Below, in pieces: positions 12,176-26,039 of a stretch of DNA of 64,000 nucleotides. Numbering within the stretch: the first letter of the stretch is position 1; each line of letters begins with the position of its first letter. This DNA comes from Tubiluchus corallicola (Eukaryota; Animalia; Priapulida), in contig JAQGDQ010000001.1 in NCBI GenBank assembly GCA_030141605.1, forward strand, positions 2,542,001 through 2,606,000. The letters run 5' to 3'. The position numbers were made by a program, and so were the translations under genes. Below the pieces are notes generated by a model, which searched no databases, had not been told where the DNA came from, and was given only the letters and a program-made list of their open reading frames with translations.

Positions 12176-15100
12176 TTCTTGTAAAGTCTTGATTGTATAT
12201 CTGAACCCGACGATGTAAACATGAAAATACAGAATTACGTATGGTAACTAAGGGTTTATGAGTCTTACAATGTTGTTCTTACCGTAATTAATTTAGCTTT
12301 TATCAGCAGTTGGACAAATTAGTAGTTAATTCTTTATAAGATATAATCAAACGTTCATATGAGGTACTAATTAAAATCTCAAATTCTTTTTGTCTGTTCT
12401 TCTCTTTCTTTAACTATACTTTGCATAATTATACAAGTGTGGTTACTTGGGATATACAATCGCAAGAACAGTGTTTTTTGTAAAATATTATTTTAAAGAA
12501 AACATTAGTAAACTGATAAATTTTCTGTATGCTTGCGTACTCCAAGTGACACATTTTCTCAACTTTAACTTATATATTGTCGTACAAAGTCATTAATATA
12601 TTCAGAATATAATTATATAATACTAGGTGTTTAATTATGGATTACCCTGGTGTTCGTGATGTATCTAAATGTCACGCAAATTTCATATTCTCGTAATCAA
12701 ATTTTGTAATTGAAATAAAGATTTATGTTTATAATATGTTACATCTCATGTCATAATTATGCTATTCTTATATTTATTATATATTTTATGATTTGTAAAT
12801 AAAAATAAGCTCTGAGTGAAAAATCAAAATAACTGTGCCACAAAGTTGCCATACGTTACTTTGTTCATAGGCCTCGTTGTTCGTTATGTTCTAGTCTACC
12901 TCGCACTTGCAAAATGCAAAAGTAACATTTCTGTTTAGTGTTCACCTTATTGTTTTTTTCTATTAAGAAGTAAAATGTCCTGTAAATACCTTGTCTGTTG
13001 TATAATAACCACTGATATTGTTTCTTAAAGTTATATATTATAAAATATAATTTTGTACAGACTATGCTATAGATAATAAAGACTCTTCATTAAATAACAA
13101 TTTTATTAATCCTGATTATTTTTTTGTGCATTCATTCAATTTAGCACCCGTACAATATTAAAATGTTTTAAAAATCATTTCTGGTATTTGATTCTAATAT
13201 CTTGATATTCATGACTTATTTCATTTCACTTTTTTACCGCACGTCAGACTATTGCATTACATAAAACAAAACAAAACAAAACACTTGTACTTTAAAGCGA
13301 ATATAATCTCTGTTATAGGTCTATGTTAATAAATTTTTAGCAACGATGATTCGTAACTTTTGGACAAAATTCTAAATCAAGCATCAATGTTCCGACTGCA
13401 GCAGTTAAATAACGTAGAACAAAAATGCTAACTAATTACATAAAACTGAAAGGCGTAGCAGACTGTTAGATACGAGCTATGATAATAGCCAAACGCACTA
13501 TACAAGTCTCTTAATCCTCGTTACTGTTAATCGAGGACTTATCTCATACCTATCTGTGACGATTAACCACATTGTTCGAAACAAGAAAAGCAGTTGACAG
13601 AGATAACACGAGGGATAAGACTTCTCGCACTTGTAGCCAACTGAGCTGCTAAGAATGTGGATAAACTTCTCGCGGGAAACAGGGTTAAAACGTTGATCCA
13701 TTAACGTGGTGATGGGAAAGAAAACAGGTTGTTTCGCTAAAGCATTTATTGAAACATCACTCCGAGAAGTCCTGAGAACTAATAATGAAACAATGACGAA
13801 CCAGCGGGATAATGTCGACTACTTCTATTGCGATGTAAAAGGCGGAAACAATAAGTTTTGAGCTTGTTGTACAGACCTATACAACACACCTACTAGTGCT
13901 AGAACGCACGGAATTCTGAACTCTGCAATGATTTCAAGAAAAATTATTGCCTGAACTATCTATCGTTTATAGATTACGTTTACCCGTTTTTTTCACTAAA
14001 TTTAAATTATTTTCGATATTTCCCTGCACAAAAATCAGCAGAATCCGTGCAATGCGGCGCTCACAAAAATTCCATGTGTGGCAAAGAGATGGCGGCTGTA
14101 TAAATGTATCGCGTGCTTGAAGAACGAAGACGTTTCCCGAACAAGAGAGAAAGCTTTAATAAAGCTTGTCATAGAGACGTGTGCACTGTTTTCACACGAT
14201 ACTAATTTTGCTTGTGCCTATATAGTCTTATTTTGTTAAATTCATTATTCGGTTACTATGCTTACATCCACAGAGATAAATATTTTTATTACATTTGTGT
14301 ATTTAGGAAGTGCGTTTGCTGGTAAACAAATATTAGTGGTACATACTATATTAGTGGTATATAGCAAAGCCAGATTATTCATGTAAACGTTTTTCCATTT
14401 TCTTTATCAATAGAAATTTAGCTTTGTTACTAGTGGCGGTCGAAAATAATAATAAAGCATTGCAAGAAGTAAAACCTATTAAAATATACGCGTAATTAAT
14501 GTGACTTGATGTCGCACAGTTTTTAATTTAAAGTTTCTGATTCGAACACCGATTTTTTTTAAATATAAAGGTATTCAAGCTATAATAACTTAGTGAGACC
14601 AATGTAAAGTTTGGAGTTGAATTAAAAGTATTTTCCGACTTTGATGCTTAAGTATTTGCCGCAGTTTGTCCAAAATACCACATGCATTTCCTTCTTTTTC
14701 CTACGGGAAAATACTCAGTGTTTTTGTCCAACAGACGGTTGGAATTTAACTTTGTGTCATTGATTCGCTACAACGTAAACTTTCCGAATAGAAATGGTGA
14801 ATGAGGTCGGGCTTAAAGCATTGTACGCGGATCGTAGGATTTAACAGGTAGAAAGCGCCTGAACAACCTGACTACACTGATGGAATGCGGTGCATGAAAA
14901 CACTCACATGTTTAAATATCTTTGTTTCTTATAGAGCACGGGATTTGCCGTGTTTTTAAATTTAGCCGATGTGTGTGGGTCCGAGAACACGCACGTGGGA
15001 AAGTTGTTTCATTTGTTTGTAGGAATTTACGCCATGGTCACGCGGTGTAAAACGTCAGAAAAGAGTTGTTAGCCAAATCGATTTGCGCTGACATCATGAC

Positions 15101-17417
15101 AGTTGGCAAACTCACATTTAATTAAATAGAGACAGTTTAGTTGATTTATGGGATCTGCTAAAAATCACTATGATTGAGATCGCCAATTTTAATCACCTTC
15201 CACAGATGTTAACTACTTTTTCCGTCAAATAGTCAAAATTTAGGAAATCAATAGTCAAAATGGAGAAATTTCATTTATATTGAGTAAAGGATTTTTGCTC
15301 AGTCGTTGTCTTAACAGTTAATCTGGCTTTATTCAAAAATACAAAATTTATATATCTTTATTCGTACATTTTGTACATTTGAAAGTAATCGGTAGATTTA
15401 GTTTATAATAAGAGCACGTAATTCCAATATGGACAAAACATGGCTATGTAATTCTTTATGTTAGCTGTGTAATTCTAACAAATGCTTACATACTGAATAA
15501 TAATTATTCAAGTTATGCTTTTTATATTAGCTTATATGTTATATTATGCTATATTTTACGTTGTTTTATGATCTGTTATAAGTATAGTGGTATTTAATAT
15601 ACGTATTATGTTTCTCCATAAACATAAATATTCTCGCATTTCTTCTGTCAGTAAGCTCGAAACTTATATTCTCTTTTTTAGCTCTGACTCAAAGCTCAAA
15701 GTTTTGCTCATTCAAGAAACTTTCAATAAGTTTAGTGAGTCATTGTATTAAGCATAACAATTGCGCCAGCAAAAGCCAACTGTGGCGCTAAATACTTTGA
15801 CAGGAAATGGTTTTTGAAGTAGTAAAAAGAATTTGCCGTCAATAAGGGTCAGGTGTTAGCTGCCTGCAGGGAAATGAAATAAATTCCACCTCTCGGGGTT
15901 TCGTTCACAAGGGCAGAATAACTCGGGCTATTTGACATTCGCTTCTAATATAGTCGTATAGGTATAACAAGGCTGCTTCACAAAGCTTAGCAATTGGAAC
16001 GTATTTTTTGGAAGGGTTGTGGCAATGGGGTTAGGGATCGGCGTTTGCAGCATAGTCGGGTGTTCTTCTAAGGCTGATTTGCGGCGTTTCGCCGTCAATT
16101 CATGGTTTTTCGTCAAGGAACCGTGAGCAGAAAGTTGTGTTATTGGCACCCTAGCGGGGAACATAGGCGTAACATTGCTGAAATAAGCGCTACCATGAAA
16201 ACGCCACGTTGTTTAAATGAATGGAGAGTACGACAAAGCCACGGGCCTATTATGTACAATGCTGTAATCTACATTCCTTCCATGATTTTCACCACTGAAA
16301 TATAATGCGAACAGTAAGCTTTGTGTGCATCTAGATTCAACAGGTATATGCATTGAAAATTGGCTACCAACAGAGCTCCGTCTATGGGTTGGCTTTCAAG
16401 TCAGTGTAGTAGCAATTAAGGTGCGCTGGGTCTCTGTGTTACCTGGATGAGCGCACGTGAGTGTGGAAAAGATGAGCGGAAGAGCTGTGCAGGTGTGGTG
16501 AGTAGCGGTCGCAGTGACGCAAGCTCACAGGTGCTCAAACTGCACTGACAGGTGCTCGAGTTTACGTGTATTAGCTACACCCTATAGAGCGTTTATTTGC
16601 AAAATTTTGTCGCCTAAAAGGCAAACAAACTAAATGAAGATTGAACACTATAAAACTGATGCAGCCGAAAAAACGTAATAGTTTATATGTAAATATTTTA
16701 TAATTTAAAATACCGACAGCAGTACTTCATTCCAAGTACACTTCAGGTTCCTTGTGATAAAATGTCTATTTTTTGTAATGTGTCAAGATTTAATATAAAT
16801 TATCAAGAGTTTTTTATTACATATGTAAATATAACATGTGCATATTCTGGATTACAGCGTATACAGTGTATAATATAGACATACTAACCCTAATCCATTC
16901 ATTTCTACGTTAAAATGAAGTGATGACAGAACAGCAGTTTATTACAATATTGTATAATAATGCGTCTCATTGTAAAAATTTAGTGCTAATGTAAAAATGC
17001 GAGCAGTAATCCAGAACGACAGATATTTCTAGGAATAATTATACAAAATGTACTAATTTGCTAGTAACGAGTAATTAATTCAATGTATACGTGCGGGACA
17101 CACAAACTCTTAAAATTTTCAATCAGTGCAACTTCGCTATTTACGAAGCAGCCATATGTATGTAGTGCTCAGTATGTTTCATGTTTTGTGGGGATGAATT
17201 TTTAAGACTCTTCGTTATTATTGTTGTTGCCAACGTTTTTTTATTGCTTTTCTGATGACAGATTTAGCTTAGCTTCCATTTGTTAAAATAGTGTCCTAGT
17301 TTATTCTCTAATTCAACCAACTTGTATTCAAACCAAAAATAGGTAAAGGTTTTCAAGTAAGCATCGCGAGTTCTCGAAAAGTTACCTTTACCACCCAAAA
17401 GAGTTGCTATAGCTAAG

Positions 17418-17530
<113 letters not shown>

Positions 17531-19787
17531 AATCTTAAATTAAAAGATTAATTTAATTTCAAAGAAAGACAAGAACACCCACAAAAGCAATGGCATAACC
17601 GGACATGCAGAAGACTAGTCTAAGAATGTTCATATGAATGCAAAATCTAAATAAAAGTCAGAAACGGTATTACAATTTTTACTAAAGTAAGCATAAGTTA
17701 ATTAACAATAATAATAAATGCCTGTGAATATAACAACATTTGCTAACTGTTATCACTCACTGACTATATCGGTTTGAATAGAATAGTCCGCGTTTTACGT
17801 GTGTTTTCTATAGAAGCCTTTGGGCATCTGTAGGAAATTCACCATTTTAGGGTAACTTTAGAGCATGACTAATACACGTAAAACAACTGTCGGAGCTGTT
17901 AATTAAATTAGATCTATTTAATGATTTAGGATTTTATAAACACTTAAAAGTAAAAATGAATTCGTGCAAAATATTTGGAATTTGCTGAGTAGATATAATT
18001 ACCAAGCAAGTGTGCTATTCTGCAGCATTGCCGTTGTTATCAGCGTTACCTCAGCTTACGTAGATCATAGTGAACGTTATGCTCTATTAAATGTTTTACT
18101 GTTTAGGCCCTGTAGGTTTACAAAAATGACATAATCGCTTATAGCGCTGCAAACAAACGCTACAGAACACTTATAATAATGTTCTCCATATTTAGACTCA
18201 CCAAACAAAATTAGGGAAATTGCTATATAAACAAAATAATCTTAACACCTGGTTTAGCAAGCGCGAAAATCAGCTTCCGTGCAAAATGGCAGGTTCCTTG
18301 TCTAACACTGCTGTGCACCTTACAACTTCACAACGTTGCAGGCTTTCCACATTGAAAAACAATGAATTTCTTACAAACAAGTAGAAAATCGACGTTCTAA
18401 TCTAATCTCTCTCTCTCTCTATATATATATATATAGTATTAGGATCTTGGTCATAACAAATATATTGCACTGTCTTCTACACAGAAACACTATGTAAGTA
18501 TCTCGTCTTGGTATTAAGTTAAATTACATTGTGTGCCTGTTATGCATTTATGTCAATTATCATTGTTTTCTTATGCTATTTTGAACCTACTATCCTGTGG
18601 TCAATAAAATTAACTAACTAACTAACTAAGGTTAAGGAATAAAAAATAAATAAATAAACAGTTATTAATATAAGTGAGTATAAGATACTTTGGGCTTGAA
18701 ATGCTTCCAAGCAGCCCCGCATGTACATGACCTGATGCGTAGGTAAGTCTTAACTGCCAGGGTGAAATGTATCTTGATAATTGTACATGTATAATAAGTA
18801 TTTTGGGTCTACAACACAAAGGACATTTTATTTATTCTATTGTTATTTAGTTATTTATTGATGCTGTTTTAATCACAAAATTATTTTACGCCATCAATAG
18901 GCAGGTATAAGTAAAAGAACAATTTTATAATAATTCAATAAATATTATACTACTCTGTGGCTGTATCAAATGGGTTTTGTGGAGAGCATAAAATTGATAA
19001 TTGTGTGAACGCTAAGCACGCAGCTCTCCCATACAAAGGCGATCAAAATGGGAGCCATAAATTATGGTTTCTGTTGATGAGTCTGCAAAGACAATGGATT
19101 AACGGCTTACGATTTGATAGGCATGAAGAATCACCAAAAACCCGGAGATTTGTCGTTTGTGAAGTCACAATTAACTATGCAGCCCTTAATTACGTGAATT
19201 GATATGCGCAGACGACAGGCACGCGGCGTGATACGGGTGATGGATAATAACCCTCCGCGCCTCGGGCTGCATTTGGCAGGTGCATAACGGGATAGCTTGT
19301 ATCTTTTATGGGGCAAAAGAGATACCGTTATCGTTCGATTACGTATCTCATTATCTCTGTGGCAAAGTGACGCTGTAAAACGGCAGCACGTGATTGGAAA
19401 CCCACCTGTACGTGTGACAACAATAACTCCGGAAGAAGAAAGCACTAATTTGTTGCGTTTGGGATAGGAATCGATCACGCGTCAGTGACGGATTTGCAAA
19501 TTAATAGCAAGCGAAGTGTAAACATAGACGCCGGATAATTCTACTAAATTTTTGATGGCTTGTCACCATAATTTTAAGTAAAAATGGAGCACTCTCTCAT
19601 GTCTCATGATCACAAGAGTCACGAATTCCAAGTAAATACGTGCTATCATATCTTTAACTTAATCGCCTTGTATACGTAGAATGAAAATTATTTATTTGAG
19701 GACATAGACCGACGGTCTATCTGTTGAAAAAAGATTTAAAAAAGACTAACTTACTATAGACATCGTATACTACATATGAGCTACAAT

Positions 19788-19804
19788 CTGTGTGTGTGTG
19801 TATG

Positions 19805-19838
<34 letters not shown>

Positions 19839-19983
19839 TGTATGTATGTATGTATGTATGTATGTATGTATGTATGTATGTATGTATGTATGTATGTATG
19901 TATGTATGTATGTATGTATGTATGTATGTATGTATGTATGTATGTATGTATGTATGTATGTATGTATGTATGTATGTATGTAT
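19788..19983. repeat. (TG)n/(TATG)n microsatellite
   Basis: Directly visible repeat; explains three spurious ORFs. Confidence 0.98.
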
Positions 19984-20434
19984 TACACGTATATTACATA
20001 ATGCTATATAACATAGGTGGACTATAGAATTGCGCCTAATTTACTCCGTTGTTAAGCAAATAATCATTAAGCTATCATATAACTTTTATATTAATAGAAG
20101 TAAAATAATAATGCTGTTTGTGGATGCATTTATTAAGCAACATAGTTGTAGAATGGATTGATGAAATTTTCTTTAAGTTTAACATACCAGTGGCGTAAAG
20201 CCATGCACGTATCTTTAGCATAAATAAGATTTCACTATAAGTGAATTACAGATCGAGTACGATAAGTTCACAAAGATTCTAGCGTGCGTTTTTACAAATC
20301 TTCGTGTCAGTTGTTCCTTTTTGTTTTATTTCTAATAAAGAAATAGATATTTTTAGTACAGGCACTTAAAAACATTTATGGTTAAAAACAACACCACTTT
20401 ATTATAATTTTTACATTAAAAAGTTAAAATCAGG

Positions 20435-20474
20435 CTAAACGTTTCGACAGGCTGCTGCTGTCATCATCAGTGGT
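20435..20474 (-). ncRNA. Minimal type I hammerhead ribozyme motif (core intact)
   Basis: Minus strand reads ACCA-CTGATGA-T-GACAG-cagcagc-CTGTC-GAAAC-GT-T-TAG: core boxes CUGAUGA and GAAA, 5-bp stem II, palindromic ACGT stem III and GUU site. Stem I has a mismatch. Confidence 0.7.
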
Positions 20475-20960
20475 AAATTTACAAACATACAACCAATTTA
20501 TATAGGCAGCGTCTATTATGCACTAATTAAGTAGTTAACCGAAGTCAAATAGGTAATGAATAAGCATAGCAGTAAACGAATTGATACAGCAACTTATTCA
20601 TTAATTGTGTATTTACAAAAGCCGAACAGGTAATGATTAAATGATTAAACCGACCTGAAATAAGGAAATTAAGTAACAAATAGCTAAGTGTTTGAAAATA
20701 AAGTTAAATGAATTGAACTGCTTTGTACGTTAACTGGGAATTATCAATAAAAGAAAGTATATCTATATACCTTAATAAGTCTTCTCTTAATGTACAAAGC
20801 AGTTCAATCCCTTTAACTTTATTTTCAAACAGTTAGCTATTTGTTACTCTATCAATTTCTTTATTGGTCAACTTTTTCTTTATCTATTTGGCTCTGTTAA
20901 CTACTTAATTAGTGCATAACAGGCTCTGCCTGCATAAACTGGTTGTAAATTTGTAAATTT

Positions 20961-21000
20961 ACCACTGATGATGACAGCAGCAGCATGTCAAAACGTTTGG
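20961..21000 (+). ncRNA. Degenerate hammerhead ribozyme motif (GAAA mutated to AAAA)
   Basis: ACCA-CTGATGA-TGACA-gcagcagca-TGTC-AAAAC-GTT-TGG. Stem I CCA/TGG is intact but the catalytic G is lost (CG to CA). Confidence 0.55.
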
Positions 21001-24000
21001 CATGATTTTAACTTTTTAATGTAAATGTTTTGATAAAGTTGAGTTTTAATAAAGTATTTTTCACTAGAAATAGATACAGTATTATTACCAACAATATAAT
21101 AGCAATGCATTATTTCTAAATTTTTATGGCTCTAACGAACATTAAGTACTTTAACAACATTCATATCCTTTGCAAGCATAACAATGTGCTCAACATGCAG
21201 CTTTCACGTGTAGCATGTTTACTGGTAAGCTGTAGTACTATCTTATTTTGATTCGCTAGAGTTTAGACTACATTATTATTTTATTTTCTTATTTGTCTTA
21301 CTTATTTCTTTTATCCTTGTGAAAATACCGAATGTCATTTTTTCTGTTTTATATGGGAATGTATTACGTGCGTTAGAGACTACTTGAAAATTCTAAGCTC
21401 GCAGTGCAGTTCAGTTTAGTTTAGCAAAAAGTTTCATGGGAGGGACATTTCAATTTTAGTTGCAGGCTTCATTTAACGTCTTTAAAATGCTTTTGCTAAT
21501 AAATAACGCAGCTATATAGAGTAACATCTTCTGTGTTCAGTAAGCATACACATAACTGCTGTAAGTACATAAATCTGTATAGCTGCACTAGCACAATCTC
21601 AGCATCTGGACATCACGAAATTACTATAGATAATAAGCACGCGCCCGGTGCTAATGCGTTCAACAGAGCTTCGAAATTCCACTTGATCCGTTATTGCCTT
21701 GTTCTCTTCTAATCCACTAAACAATACATGGTGCGTGCACACTCTAATGCACACATGTAAGGTTCCGTTATTCAGCTTTACTGACGGCGTCTTCAAGCCG
21801 TTAGGCAGGTGCTTGCATTGGGACCCCTATAGTGGAATCACCTGTCGTTGCTAGCGTTCGTGTGCCATTAATTTGTGTACAGCCGTGAAAATGGAATAAA
21901 TTAGCTAATTATTTCGACTGATTGCCAAACGTGTTAAGAGATTCGTTATTTCAAAAATTTCACTAAATTTACCATAATTACTGTCAGTACTAAACCACTT
22001 ACTTGTTATAAAAGCTAGTTTGTGAACTTCGTGTACAAGAAACTCTTCGCTTCTTGTAAGTTATATTGTAATATTCGGCCTGATTACTAATGACATTTTA
22101 CCAGCGAGTGTTTAATCTGGTATTGCTGCATTGAAAAATAAAACATCATTGATTACTGCTGCAAGTAAGGTGACTAGATATATGTAGAGGTCCTAAGAAA
22201 AGATGAAATTCATTACAGTTTTTATAAAGAGGGTGGCTTCTTTACCGCAGCGATTAATTTTTACACTTAGTTCAATAGAGTAAAACACATTTTGCAATTT
22301 ACAATATACTTTTGCAGTTAAAAGTTTCTATAAAAGTATTAATAAAACAGTGTAGCCAGTTTGCATCTCTAAGTAGTCTGTCGCTTTGGCAAAGATTTTT
22401 CTGTTTGTCCGCGAAATATCTGTAAGAACAAGAGAGTTGTACCTACAACACTATAGCTGAAAGAAACTATAACTATATAACTCTCTAACTGATGACTGAG
22501 AAATAGGCATTATATAATGGTCTACTTGACAATCAGCTACTTTTTCAACGTAATTAGAGTTTGATGCAAGCTGCATACAGTAAAAATAAATTTTATTAAA
22601 CTTTATAAAACTAAATTGGATTAATACACCTACACCAATGTATATATTGATATTGACAGGTGATCGGAATTGCATGGGCAACCACCAGAGGAACCACAAA
22701 ACGAACAGAACCGTTACACTGAACAAATTATGGTAAAACAAGGATGCTGTCAGTCATTAATACGCGCGTGGTCAGGTCGTTTATTATTTCATCTGTCGTG
22801 TACAACATGCAGGTGCTTTCCCAGTCTTCTGTGGGCGCTAATTTGCTGGCGCTTAAAATTCGTACAAACAATAATTATAAAGTTTCATATTACTGCAGTG
22901 AATAAAAAGACAAACTGAAATAACTGCAAAATGCACAAATTCCAGTTCAATTCTAATTCCATTCCAAGTCATACATTTATGCTGTATGTAAATAAAGGGT
23001 GAATAAATATTATAAGGGCTATGAAATTAAAACTACTTCAAAAAGAGTGTATCAGAGCATCTTTAGCCAAGGCATTGGAATATTACTAGACTGCCGTAAC
23101 CAAATCACATAAATAAATTCCATTTTATACTATTCCCACAGATCTGCATTTTAGCAAGTTTTGCCATAATTTCTAATTTTCTATGTTTGGGATTTATTTC
23201 AAGATTGTCAAAAAATGTTTGGTTCAAGAAACTTTATTTTTTTATTTTTTTTCAAACATTCATTCGTTGGTTTGGCAGTGCGGGTCTTTGTTGAAGTAAT
23301 GAATCTTAATTTATCACTACAAAGTCTTATTATGTAAACAAAAATAACAAATGTTTAGCATATTCCCTTATTTAACGTATTGTCATGAAATGAATTGAAC
23401 ATTTTATACCGATTATAATTTGGACCACTTTCTTGTAGCTTCTTTATTCAAAAATGTTGCATACCCTTATCATATTACTTTATTTCAAAAATGTCTATAG
23501 GGTATGGAACTTTGCTCATTTAAGGTGAAATTCTGCTGCCCCGATCGGTTTTTAAATGACTTACAAAGCAAAAGAAAAAAGTTACATTACAAACAATTTA
23601 AGTTTCTAAAATGAAGAAATGGCAATAATCAACAAAAAAGTTCATCAAAAATGCAGAACATCACGCAACATACGTATCCAATTATCACGTCGGACGTATG
23701 GACTTATAAATTCCGTTAAAATAACAACATTAGAAAACATTTTCACATAAAAAATATAAACACGCAATTACAAACGTGATAGTGTCATTGTAACGTTAGT
23801 AATGTAATAACTAAGTAACAGCAACGTTAAAGAAAGACAAGATGATTTTTCATACACTACCCTATTTTCAAATTCGATAAAAAGTATACATTTTAACACA
23901 ATATATACTGCAAAAGCGTTTCTGATACTGATAATCAAATAATAGTTTAAAATCTTAATTAACGGCGGGCCAGCTCAACTCTTGATGACATCACAAACTA

Positions 24001-24269
24001 ACATAATTTTCAACAGCGAAAATATTCCACCAGCGTGTTGCACGTGTTTGCGAAAGCGAAAATTGAAGTACATCACTACCGTAATATTCACGGCAGTACG
24101 GTAGTACAACATTCACATGTTGTACGAAAAACAGGCCAGTTTTAAAGAGAAGATTGTTTTAAACAGAAATAATTTTTAAATGTACGTACACTGTATCGTT
24201 TGTAGTTAAAACTAAACTGCAATTCCACCTCAACAAGATAAATGAAATCTATTATTATCTCACAATGTA

Positions 24270-24277
24270 GCAACAAT

Positions 24278-24313
<36 letters not shown>

Positions 24314-24327
24314 AATAATAATAATAC
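24270..24327. repeat. (CAA)n/(TAA)n microsatellite
   Basis: Directly visible repeat. Confidence 0.9.
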
Positions 24328-26039
24328 TGATATTACCACTCCTGCTAATGTAAATTTCAAGGTATATTAAGTTGCGCCTAGGTATATGTTTTATATCTGA
24401 ACGTTATTTATAAATAATTGTAAGCCATGAAGCTCTGAATTCAGCAGAAGCAGGTGGGAAATTTTTTATGTATATTGTATCCGTTGTGAGGATAAGTTTT
24501 GCTATAAGCTTCTAGTTTCAATAGGGGCACCTGCTTCTAACCCACAATGGTAAATCCTTGCTTTCACATGCAAGTGGGTCCTGGACCACCCAAAGCTGCA
24601 TAGAAAACCCGTTATGTTGAATAATGCATGTAATAAAGCATGTGAATAATTTGAAAGTAAGGAAAAACTTACGTCGCGTGGCATTTATTACTGGGATTTG
24701 GAAATCACCTGCTTCTTCCACGGTTTTAGTTTTATGTTCGCTTTTATTTCGTAAATGTCGCATTTTAAGACTGACTCTACACAGGGCGTCTTGTTTAGAA
24801 TGACTGGTAAAAAAATCTAAAGATTCACAATATTCGATGTAAATATAATTATAACGTGTAGTAATACGCTTCATAGAGTGATATTTTAGTACTATGTAGT
24901 TTACCAATTGCAAATGCAGGATGGCATGTATTTGCAAGCTACATGCCAAACTGAGTCGCGGAGAAGCCTGCTTGTAGATATTCTGTTGTCAACGTATTTG
25001 GGGTATCAGTTAAGGGAGGCTCATCGATCAGAACTGGGTGAAGAGTTAAAAGGCTGAGACTCACTATCGCTATAGGTCTGTATGCAAAATCAATTAGTAT
25101 GTGCATTTATCTACGTTTTTTTGTGCAGAGTAATTTCCTGTACCTAGTAACCCGATTTGATGATAAAGGTAGCCGAATGAATAAGTTTTAGTTATTCGCT
25201 ACCTTTGCTTTGAAGCCGTGTTTCATATGATAGTTAACTTGAAATTGTAATATTTTTGAAAAGAAAAATAAATTTTTAAATCTGAAATCTGGATAGGTTG
25301 CACGTATTTAAAACTCTGTTAATTAATTACACTTAATTTAGTAAAAAGCACAATGAATCACCGATACGGTTGTTTTCATTTAAAAACGGATTGTCTGTTC
25401 TTACATAAGTAGAACAGGACTGTTAGCTTTGTATATAAAAAAGCAAATTCATTGTGAGATACGCATATCACTTAAGCGGAACTTATTGGCTTGACCAATT
25501 GAAGCTGAAGTAATTGGTTATGTATTTAACTGAAATTAAACCATATTCTTAAATTCACGTAAACGAAAATTTTAAAGTAATTCAGTATCTATAACGAATC
25601 CTATGTTTAATGTGCGAGGTTACAGTAATATTGTTTATTGAGTTAAATCGATGACTCACAGAGAGAAAAAATCACAGAATCACAGAGAAAAAGAATCAGC
25701 CATCAAAACTGGCAAATGTTGTTTTGTATATGAAAAAGAAAAAAATCATCCACTTATAAGTAAAATAGCTCAAACGTGAAATGCGCAATAAACGAAAAGA
25801 TATTCCTATAACCGTGTAATAAAATTGAAAGAGTTAACCCAATTTATATACGTATACAAAAATTGATTTTTTAGGGTTCAGTAACAAATAAAAAAAATAA
25901 AATAAAATGAACTCGGAACTACAATATCATTACAAAGCAATTATTGGACTTAATAATTAGATTTACATTTTTTAAAGTGAAACTGATAAATTTGTCATTA
26001 TTTACAAAATATAAACTTTCGACTACCATTGACTCAGGA

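Larger units (their letters stand above)
20350..21065. mobile_element. Fold-back non-autonomous element, probably derived from a Penelope-like retroelement (two inverted pLTR-like arms)
   Basis: Arms ~20382-20762 and 20765-21050 are diverged reverse complements centred on GTATAT-CT-ATATAC. Each carries a hammerhead motif. AGAAATAGATA direct repeat at 20339-20349 and 21066-21076. Confidence 0.7.
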
